Notes under the pieces: generated by a model
The model's database searches: none
Told to the model about the DNA's origin: nothing
The model's input: the letters and a program-made list of their open reading frames with translations, nothing else
Position numbers and translations under genes: made by a program
DNA from: Haliotis cracherodii
Lineage: Eukaryota
Direction of reading: 5' to 3'
Length of the DNA stretch: 64,000 nt
Assembly: GCF_022045235.1 (NCBI RefSeq)
Contig: NW_027266267.1
Coordinates: forward strand, 37,882,001-37,946,000
Shown: one piece after another, positions 55,501 to 64,000 of the stretch
Layout: the number at the start of each line of letters is the position of its first letter
How positions within the stretch are numbered: the first letter of the stretch is position 1

Positions 55501-56451
55501 TACCATCCCTTAACTGACTGATATCGTGCACCTTCTACAACAAGAAGCTGACAGCCATTTTAATACTGTTCAACGTTGATTAAGCCGTTGTCACTACCGC
55601 ATTCACTGTTTTACATGATGATTACATGTGCGGCGCATGATACGTCTTCTGATACCGATGTAAGCAAGGGTGACGAGTGAAGGTAAGTGCTTGATTAAAA
55701 ACGCCAAATCCTTTGAAAGGTATGTAATCCAGATAAGAAAATAACAAGATGAAAACCTACACTCCAGTTGTGGAAAGCTGAGCAGAATAATCCAAACCAT
55801 GGTTATCTTGACATTAAATTGTTCGTGTCTAAAACAATCACACACGTCAGTGGTATAACTGATACATCATTCCAACAGTCAACCAATATATCAAGTGGAC
55901 TTGATGTGACTTTTACAAAAACAAATGGCATTTTCTTCTAAGGTATTCTTATCCTAGGTATGGCGATATTGCAACTATTTGCTTACATGCTTTAACCATT
56001 GAAGATCAGGGGTAGAATAGGTGTTCAGCAACCAATGCTTGCCATAAAAGTCGACTATGCTTGTCGTAGGAGGCGACTAACGGGATCGGGTGGTCAGACT
56101 CGCTGACTTGGTTGATCACCGATCCCAATTGCATGGATCGATGCTCAAGATATTAATCACTGGATTGTGTGGTCCAGACTCGATTATTTACAGCCTGCTG
56201 TCATATAGCTGGAATATTTCTGAGTGCGGCGTTAAACAACAAACAAAACCAAAACCAAAAGCCAACATTACACTTTTTCAGAACAAGTGACTGCAGACAA
56301 AGATTCAAGGAGCACAAACATTAGCACTGCCGTCATCATAGTGGTATCGTGCGTGGCTGTTACAATCATCGTCGTGCCAGTGGTAGTTCTGGTGAAGATG
56401 AAATGTTTAAAACGGACAGAACAGCAAAAAACAAAAGGAATAACCATGTGA
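52509..56451 (+). CDS. Receptor C: Ig-like domain + domain 2 + TM, tail truncated and Tyr-less (~270 aa; decoy or pseudogene)
   Basis: Exons 54466-54756 (ELKCPELGYIGSKASLTC...SDAGEWGC), 55185-55484 (LPSC...GYYCS...FTC...C), 56282-56451 (TM, TGA at 56449-56451); candidate signal exon 52509-52560 (MYAAYASTLLLITHLSH, phase-1 GTATGT donor) is less certain. Confidence 0.7.
53983..54331. mobile_element. Second copy of the same MITE, with a nested SINE at 54022-54186
   Basis: TA|CAGTAAAACTACG...CGTAGTTTACTG|TA. Confidence 0.7.
54022..54186 (-). mobile_element. SINE family 1, inside a MITE
   Basis: Reverse complement of family 1. Confidence 0.85.
55996..56255 (+). mobile_element. SINE family 3 (V-domain-like core cttgtcgtaggaggcgactaa, (AAAC)n tail)
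   Basis: Dispersed copies at 57771-58025 (+), 38582-38784 (-), 47896-48130 (-), 54815-54980 (+); fragments at 1420-1610 and 2680-2976. Confidence 0.75.
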
Positions 56452-56894
56452 ACGACTCCACGAACGACTAGTCGCTGCAATATTACGCCATGGCAAGGGA
56501 TATGTAATATCACTACCCAGTCTGTTTGTATCTGTATTGGATTTAGGTGTAGACTCCAAAAGGGAATCAGATCACCTCCCTGTTACAGGTAGATTTCAGT
56601 TTCACTCTGGTTTGTTTATGTGCAATTTATACTGACCTTAATACGGCTGTTGATAAGTTGGTAGAGATTTCGCATATATCGGGTGCTCATTAAAGAGGAT
56701 TTACTTCCGAGTTGAGTGGTTCATTGAAAAGTAACCCGTTAGGATTGATAATGAATGTATTGTATTACAGCAAATAAATATACGCTTTTGAATTTGACTC
56801 GAAGATGTAAAACAGATAAATGTGCTGATATAAACGGCAACAGTATAAAGGTCGTATCATGGATGAGATTAAATCAGCCATTGCTGACAAGGAT

Positions 56895-57569
56895 AGTAGT
56901 ATACGTAATGGGGGTTCTGGCTCACTTCAACTGGAGCCAGATTTATAGACCTATACTACCACTACAGGGGGATTTTTTATGCAAAATTGATTATGCGATT
57001 CAACAATCGTCATGAGATTAAACTAAATTGTAATGAAAATGGCTCTAGCTCACCACCACTTGGAGCCATTTTCGAACCTATCAATGCTTCTATGATATAA
57101 ATTTTTATAGGTAATGGGGGTTCTGCCGCAACTCCACTGGAGCCAGATTTATATATATGTACCTATACTGATACTACAGATGGAATTTTTTATGCAAAAA
57201 TGATGATGTGATTCAACAATAGTCATGAGTCGTATTAAAAGAAACATCAATATTAATTAATAATGAATAAAATTTACTATAGCCCACGAGGATATTGGAA
57301 AGGTATAGGAGCAATAAAAAAATTAGCCACCGTGGCTAAGGTATCTAAAGATGTGGCCAAGGATTGGTCAAAGAAACAAGCGATGTGGCAAATATGTTTA
57401 CCAGCATCGCGTTATATACCGAGGAAGACGTTTGATATTTTTACAACGAATGAAGTTCATCAGGCTGACCTCTTGTTTCTTCCCCACGATAAGGTAAGAC
57501 GCAAAACGTATAAATACGCTTTAACCGCTACAGTTGAAGTGAGCCAGAACCCCCATTACCTATACTACT
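56895..57569 (+). mobile_element. Internally deleted Maverick/Polinton-like element with a retroviral-type integrase N-terminal fragment
   Basis: 39-bp TIRs (56895-56933 / 57531-57569, 1 mismatch) starting AGTAGT and ending ACTACT; AGGAT on both flanks; ORF 57263- KIYYSPRGYWKG...NEVHQADLLFLPHD...YKYALT resembles Maverick integrases from recall. Confidence 0.8.
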
Positions 57570-57770
57570 AGGATTGTATCACATTTTGACGAAAATAAAA
57601 TCTTGGCTACATTTGAGAGGTAATGTTTCGTCTCGAATGTTCGGTTTGAATATTTAAGAAAGTTTTTTTCAATAAAAGAAGTGTAAATCAACAAACCGTA
57701 TGTTACTGTTTTTATTACGACCAATGATATTGAAAAATGTGTTATATCTGACCCAATTACTCAAAGGGTC

Positions 57771-58025
57771 GACCCGTGAAGATCCGGGGTAGAATAGGTC
57801 TTCAGCAACCTATGCTTGCAGTAAAAGGCGACTATGATTGTTGTAGGAGGCGACTAACGGGATTGGGTGGTCAGGCTAGCGCTTGCTGACTTGGTTGATG
57901 CATGCGATTGTATTTCAATTTCGTGGATCAATGCTTGTGATTTCAATCACTTGATTGTCTGATCCAGACTCGATTATTTACTGATCACTGTCATATAGGT
58001 GGAATATTGCTGAGTGTGTAAAAAA
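57771..58025 (+). mobile_element. SINE family 3
   Basis: Colinear with 55996-56255. Confidence 0.75.
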
Positions 58026-58646
58026 GGCATCAATGTCGGTTCCATATTTGGAAATTGTATTCAAAGCAGTTCTCGACAGTTTGTGTTTTCAAGACATATG
58101 GAATACAGGTGTGATATATATAATCATCTGACCCCATCTCAACTATGGAGGCATATCGCATTTGGATATATTGGGTAAAGTCTTCACATTGGAGGTTCGA
58201 GATAGAACTTGGATAGGAGTAAATTGTCTCAGGCAAGTCTCAGGTGTAATTATTCGACAGCGGATAATATGTTTATGATATATTTTCTCTTTAGAAAAAC
58301 TTCTTAGGAAAACATCAACTTCGATTGTATGTAGCATTTATTAGTTTTCTGAAAGCGTTCGATTTGATAAAAGACAACCCCATGTCATATTTTTATATGT
58401 TTTGCATATAATATAGGCATTAGTGAGATGATTTAAATGTTTTGAGTGATATGTATTCCGAGGTAAAGGCTTATGTGGAATCTTGTAATAGAAGGTTATA
58501 TAATTTAACACATCGTCCGCCAAGGTTGCATTTTGAGCCCAGTTTTGTTTATTCTCTTTATGAATAAGTTAGTGAGGGAGCTTAAACAGATGAGGTGAGG
58601 TGAAATGGGTTTTAACGCATGCACGTGTGTGTCTGTGCGTGTGTGT

Positions 58647-58911
58647 GTGGCTGCTAGTACTAGGCCGGACTGATGCCGATTTAAAGTGCTAGCTCACTGA
58701 GATACCATGCCGCAGTTTAACATGAATACCACACTCAGACACAGTATACCACTTCCGAGCCGACCAGTCCTTGTTTTAGCCACTTAATTTCCAGCGCCAA
58801 ACAGGGTGACAACAATCTTTTAACGTCTTTTGGTATGACGCGGGCAGAGATCAAACCCCGGACCTGCCGCTCTCCGGGAGGACGCTCTACCACAAGACCA
58901 CGGAGGCGGTC
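58647..58911 (-). mobile_element. SINE family 2
   Basis: Reverse complement of the 37741 element with a longer 3' part. Confidence 0.75.
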
Positions 58912-59229
58912 TGAGCTCAAGCAGAGAGGGGGTATATAAATACTAAACTGAATAGAAAATGTCTGTCCTTGAAATTATTATTTGAATTATCGCTTATGTT
59001 GTGGCATGGTTAGGCTACCGTTACGTGCGGGTAAACTGTTCAAACACAGCGATTTGTTGTTTCGACTCTGTGTTGTTTTAATATTTGTACACGTTACAGG
59101 ACCTCCATCCTTTAGTCAGTCTGTAACATAGACGGGATATTTTCCTTGATATATGTCCTCCTGTGTTTCGCACACGGAAGTTGTTCTTCTACCGACATGG
59201 CAAAGCAGGCAGGCCATTGATATCGAAAG

Positions 59230-59241
59230 GAAATTGAAACT
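59230..59241 (+). promoter_or_regulatory. Consensus ISRE/IRF element GAAATTGAAACT
   Basis: Matches GAAANNGAAACT inside a block paralogous to the gene B upstream region; motif match only. Confidence 0.25.
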
Positions 59242-60124
59242 AGGATAAATATGTTATTGACACATGAAATAATAATGATCTAACTATTTTCCTGAGTGGT
59301 TTCAGTGGTCCCGATAAAAATGTGTCACTTGTACTGACGATACAGCGTTATTCAAATCCATTCCCAAAATATATACATTGCGTTTAGTTTCGTCTCATCA
59401 TAATCACACATGCATGTAAATGGATGATCCAGCTGTCATTTTCCTGATCACACAATTTCACAATTTCAGTGGTCGCCATACATGTACATATTACAGAATG
59501 GTATATATGCATATAAATACACTGTTTAGTCCAGAGAGTTAGTTTTCACATTTTTCAATCCCGAAACACGAGACAAGTGCAATAGTAGATAACGTTTTGA
59601 GTGTAGCACGCTGTAAGGTGTAGTGAACAATGTAGTAATTAGTGAGTGAGAGTGAGTGAGTAAAATATAACGTCTTTGTAGTACAGACACAAGTGGGGGC
59701 CATAACATGAAAGAGATCTGTGCCTAATCTGATTAGCATTGGACTAAGTTTTCGTGATATAATGTTCCAAATTTAAGAGAAACGCTGGCCATGCCCATCG
59801 GATTTTGCTCGAAAATTATTATTTATTTTATACTAAATGTGTGAGGCAGATTTTATTTTATAGAAATACACCATTTCCTTTTGTCAACAGTTTGAAGCAT
59901 ATTATTGTTCAGTTGTTCTTAAATTGTATCATATCACCGATCCACCAGAAACTTAAGTTAAACTTCTTGGTCAAATTGCCTTGTTTTGACTTTGCCAATC
60001 TGAGCTGAAATTCCGATTCATATGCGTTAAGAAACAGAACCACAAGAAGGGGAGCACGTTGACACCCATATCGATGCCTACTTCTTGCCTAAATACCTGA
60101 GGGGTCACTACCTCAGACTCCCCT

Positions 60125-61300
60125 TCCATCACACCACTAACCCATACACCCCTCCCGCCACACCACTAACCCAGACAGCCCTCCCACCCCACCAATAACC
60201 CAGACGCCCCTCCCTCCATAGCATTACCCGAGTCATACCCCACAACCATACCACAAACACCCATGCCTTACTACCTCGCCACTACCCCAGACTAACCTCC
60301 AACCACACCACATCCGCAGCCACCCCTACCACCACATGACTATCCCCGACATCCCTCCTACCACACTACTACCCCAGACACCTCTCCCACCAAACCACTA
60401 CCTCAGACACCCCTCCAACCACACCACTAGCCCAGACACCCTTCCCACCACTCCACTACCTCAGTCACCCCTACCCCCTCCCCACCACACCCCTAGCCCA
60501 GACACCAATCCAATCGCACAACTATCCCAGACACCCCTCCACCAAACCACAACCCCAGACACTCCTCCAGCCACACCACATCCCTAGACGCCGCTTCCAC
60601 CACACCACTACTCCAGACACCCCTCCAACCACACCACATCCCTAGACGCCGCTTCCACCACACCACTACCCCAGACACCCCTCCAACCACACAACATCCC
60701 TAGACGCCGCTTCCACCACACCACTACTCCAGACACTCCTCCAACCACACCACATCCCTAGACGCCGCTTCCACCACACCACTACTCCAGACACCACTCC
60801 AACCACACCACATCCCTAGACGCCGCTTCCACCACACCACTACTCCAGACACCCCTCCAACCACACCACATCCCTAGACGCCGCTTCCACCACACCACTA
60901 CCCCAGAAACCCCTCCAACCACACAACATCCCTAGACGCCGCTTCCACCACACCACTACTCCAGACACTCCTCCAACCACACCACATCCCTAGACGCCGC
61001 TTCCACCACACCACTACACCAGACACCCCTCCAACCACACCACATCCCTAGACATCCCTTCCACCTCTATCCAAGACACCTCTACCTCCACATCACTCCC
61101 CAGACACCCCCTCCCCACAACGTCACTCCCCAGACCCCCCCCCCCCCCCACACACACACACCACACCACTACCCAAGACGCCTTTCCCACCAAACCTCAT
61201 CCGCAGACGCCCCTCACCACACCACTACCCCTCCCACCTCACCAAAGACCCCCGACACCTCTCGCACGACACCAATACCCAATACGCCTCTGCCACCACC
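60125..61300. repeat. C-rich minisatellite, 29-bp subunit with a 58-bp homogenised core at ~60580-61055
   Basis: cctagacgccgcttccaccacaccactac... at 60583, 60641 and onward; diverged flanks. Confidence 0.9.
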
Positions 61301-63307
61301 CACAGCACCGCCGTGCTACTGTAGACGAAGCAATATAATACACTGAATATATTCAGTCCAATCGCCTCTAGTTGCTTTCAACTGCCACCATCATCGATAA
61401 TACATGAAGAGCAATGTGACATTGCAGCACAACCAATATATGATATTAATATGAACACGTGAATATAAATCTATGCTCATATATGAATTCTGTATTGATC
61501 CTCCGTAACACACTGTATACTATAAGCTGTGGTAAAGTTGGTTCGTGTTTTGTTAAGAATCAGGAAGTCAAACGATGTGCACCCGTCATTGTGTGCCGAT
61601 GTATTTTTGCATGACCTGGTTTCTTCTTCGTGATCCGTTTATACCACCAAGAGTGAGTTTCACTGAACCAGACGTAAACAAACCCAAAACATAATTGATG
61701 AATAATTCATTAACGATATCTAGGCTACCAGCGTTCATCACACATGAGACATTTAGAGGACTGCTACTGTTCGCGTGGTCTTCCTCTGTACAGCTTGATA
61801 GCTTGAGTCAGTGAGTGAGACATTCTCGCTGTATGACACAATGGACTTTATGTGCGTGAATTAAACATACTACCCAACACACGTATGCCGCAACGAACAG
61901 GTGTTGTCTGTAAATCAATACCCATTCACAACGTAGCATAGCAACGACATCCACACGAGGTGAACTTCATTCATTTTAATGGGCCGCTCCCAGCGGTCTG
62001 TCGGCGCATTTCTAGTCTCTTTCCAGTCGAGATGTGTCAAGTTTTGTATGAAAATTAGACTTGTGCTTTGTGCAGTTAGGGTAATTACTTCTAATGATAT
62101 AGTTTAAAGATAAATAATTTGTTGTTGAACTTCTTGGCTCAAACTTGCTAGGTCTGCCATTGTCCAGCGCTCGTGTCCTTTTAATCAGATGCAAGTGCAG
62201 TTTGTTCCCTCCCTTCAGACAGACAGGTCATTTGTCATACACCTTGTTATTGCCAATCGTCATACAGTTGAGTAGGGGGTAGTTAGAACACTCAACTTAA
62301 GCTGTAATGGTATGACCCAACAGTCTGGGTTAAAGTCTTTGTTACAACAACAATGTAAAATTCATAAAGGGTGAGTTGTTGTGAGCTGGTTATCTTGTGA
62401 GAAGAGGGTATTAAAAAGATCAAAGTCACTGTTAGTTCTTTTACTCACAGATAATTAATATGTTGTTTTAATAAACACTTTGCCCTTTGGGTCAATAAAT
62501 ATAATTCATGATTCCTGTGAAAGGAGACTTGAGATGTTTCAGATGAGAAACTGTTTAACTGATGAGATGTACTTTGTGATCACACACATATGTATAAATA
62601 CTGTATCAATTGCTTTTACATCATTCACAATCATGGTTCTGCCACTTGTAGAATACCTTCCGTCAGCCCGCGGTAGCCAGAAGGATACTTGTTCAACAAG
62701 AATGCAACCAGACAGACAGTTTGAGAGTAATGTGTATGTTAGGTTTTTTCACATGGCCAACTCACTGTTAGGGTGATAACCCAGGCTTATATCACAGAAA
62801 CACGGGCTATTAATGGTGTATGCATAACTTCCTTATGTACAGTTAGACATTCAATGTCGTTATTCATGTATGTATATGGGTGCCTTGAATGGGAATATCT
62901 TTTCATTAAAAATAGGTTGGAATACACTTATTGTTTATCTATTTACAACATAATATAATTGTGTTGTACCCATAAATGAAATGAAATAGGCAGTGTATAA
63001 TCATGTAACCTTATCATCTCAACATTCGTCTTGGACATCTTCAAACGATTGTATTTCCCAAACCGCCTCTGTCAGGTATGGGGGTGATCGGGTAAACTAG
63101 TGGTTAAAGCGTTCTAGATATGTGCTATAATATATTCCAACACAGTGGCACCCTGTATTGGTCTAATTACCACTTCATATTTCCTTTTGCATTTTAGATG
63201 TTGATGTTGATGTTGATGTTGTCTAGATGCCTAGTCATGCATACTTTCATACCTAATCCTTGTCATGATCATATGACCGTTTGTTTAATCTCCTTATGAT
63301 TATTTAA

Positions 63308-63477
63308 AGGGGCGGTCGGGTAGCCTAGTGGTTAAAGCGTTCTCTCGTCACGCCGAAGACACGGTTTCGATTCCCGACATAGGTACAATGTGTGAAGCCC
63401 TTTTCTGGTGTCCCCCGCCGTGATATTGCTGGACTATTGCTAGGAGCGACGTAAAACCTCACTCACTCACTCACTCA
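63308..63477 (+). mobile_element. tRNA-derived SINE family 1, (ACTC)n tail
   Basis: A box TAGCCTAGTGG, B box GTTTCGATTCC, body ggtacaatgtgtgaagccc...gatattgctgga, tail actcactc. Confidence 0.85.
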
Positions 63478-64000
63478 CCCCGCTGTTTTATAGCTGTACT
63501 ATTACTGAGTGCGACGTTAAACAACAAACAAGCAAACACTAACTTGTCGCTTTATGATGAGTCTGTTCGGTGTAGTGCAGCTTTATAAAACTCTACAGTA
63601 TTTCAGTTATATCAGAGCTCATTATACACGCAGGACTATAGCCCGATCTGATGCATAAGTTACAGTTTTATCATTCAGTGTGCAGGTGTGTGAGTGTTGT
63701 CAATCTAGCACCTCGAACAGTGTGAATCATATACCTGTAATATCTGTGTCGCCTGCTTCCCTGAATATAAACATACACCACCGGAGTAATATATACTCAT
63801 TTCCTCATAGGCGCGTGTGTATGGCTGCGTGATTGTGTTCCGTCTCTTTGTGTTCATGATAAAGTGGGGCACTTTCATTCTGTATTCACGTGCTGTTGTC
63901 GGCCAGAACGAACATTGCATGAGGAAAATGATACCAAGTTGAATATATTATTCACATGTTGATTGCTATTGAATGAGTCATTCTTATCGTGTTCCTTTTT

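Noticed and set aside
58030-58337. Overlapping minus-strand ORFs that look vaguely protein-like
   Set aside because: Short, no recognisable motif or splice structure; would need BLASTX
60336-60690. Pro/Thr-rich mucin-like ORF
   Set aside because: Translation of the C-rich minisatellite; the 58-bp unit breaks frame and contains stops

Overview
Eukaryotic (animal) genomic DNA, AT-rich and dense in tRNA-derived SINEs; the SINE types suggest a mollusc such as abalone (inference, not proven). The window holds a + strand cluster of at least six spliced genes for single-pass Ig-like receptors, built as signal-peptide exon / 6-Cys Ig-like exon / 4-Cys second-domain exon(s) / TM+tail exon, with all introns GT-AG and phase 1. 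Family A (A1 partial, A2, A3, A4) lies in ~11.6-11.9 kb tandem units at 1-37.7 kb. Its cytoplasmic tails carry 1, 6, 6 and 2 copies of a 54-aa tyrosine-motif repeat (ITIM/ITSM-like) and end in ELYATV(N/D)KKR. Gene B (45.9-50.1 kb) has a triplicated domain-2 exon and a short Tyr tail. Gene C (52.5-56.5 kb) has a frameshift-truncated, Tyr-less tail. Most striking: the intergenic 50-bp minisatellite arrays between family A genes have a unit matching 49 consecutive nt of the receptors' own Ig exon (STINQTHSSLTIPAVQ) and hold dozens of diverged variants of it. A3 looks like a chimera of the A4 ectodomain and the A2 tail. The window also has a 675-bp internally deleted Maverick/Polinton with intact termini, two TA-flanked MITEs, four SINE families, other mini/microsatellites and five N-runs. 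All gene models were read by eye from splice signals and lack transcript support.
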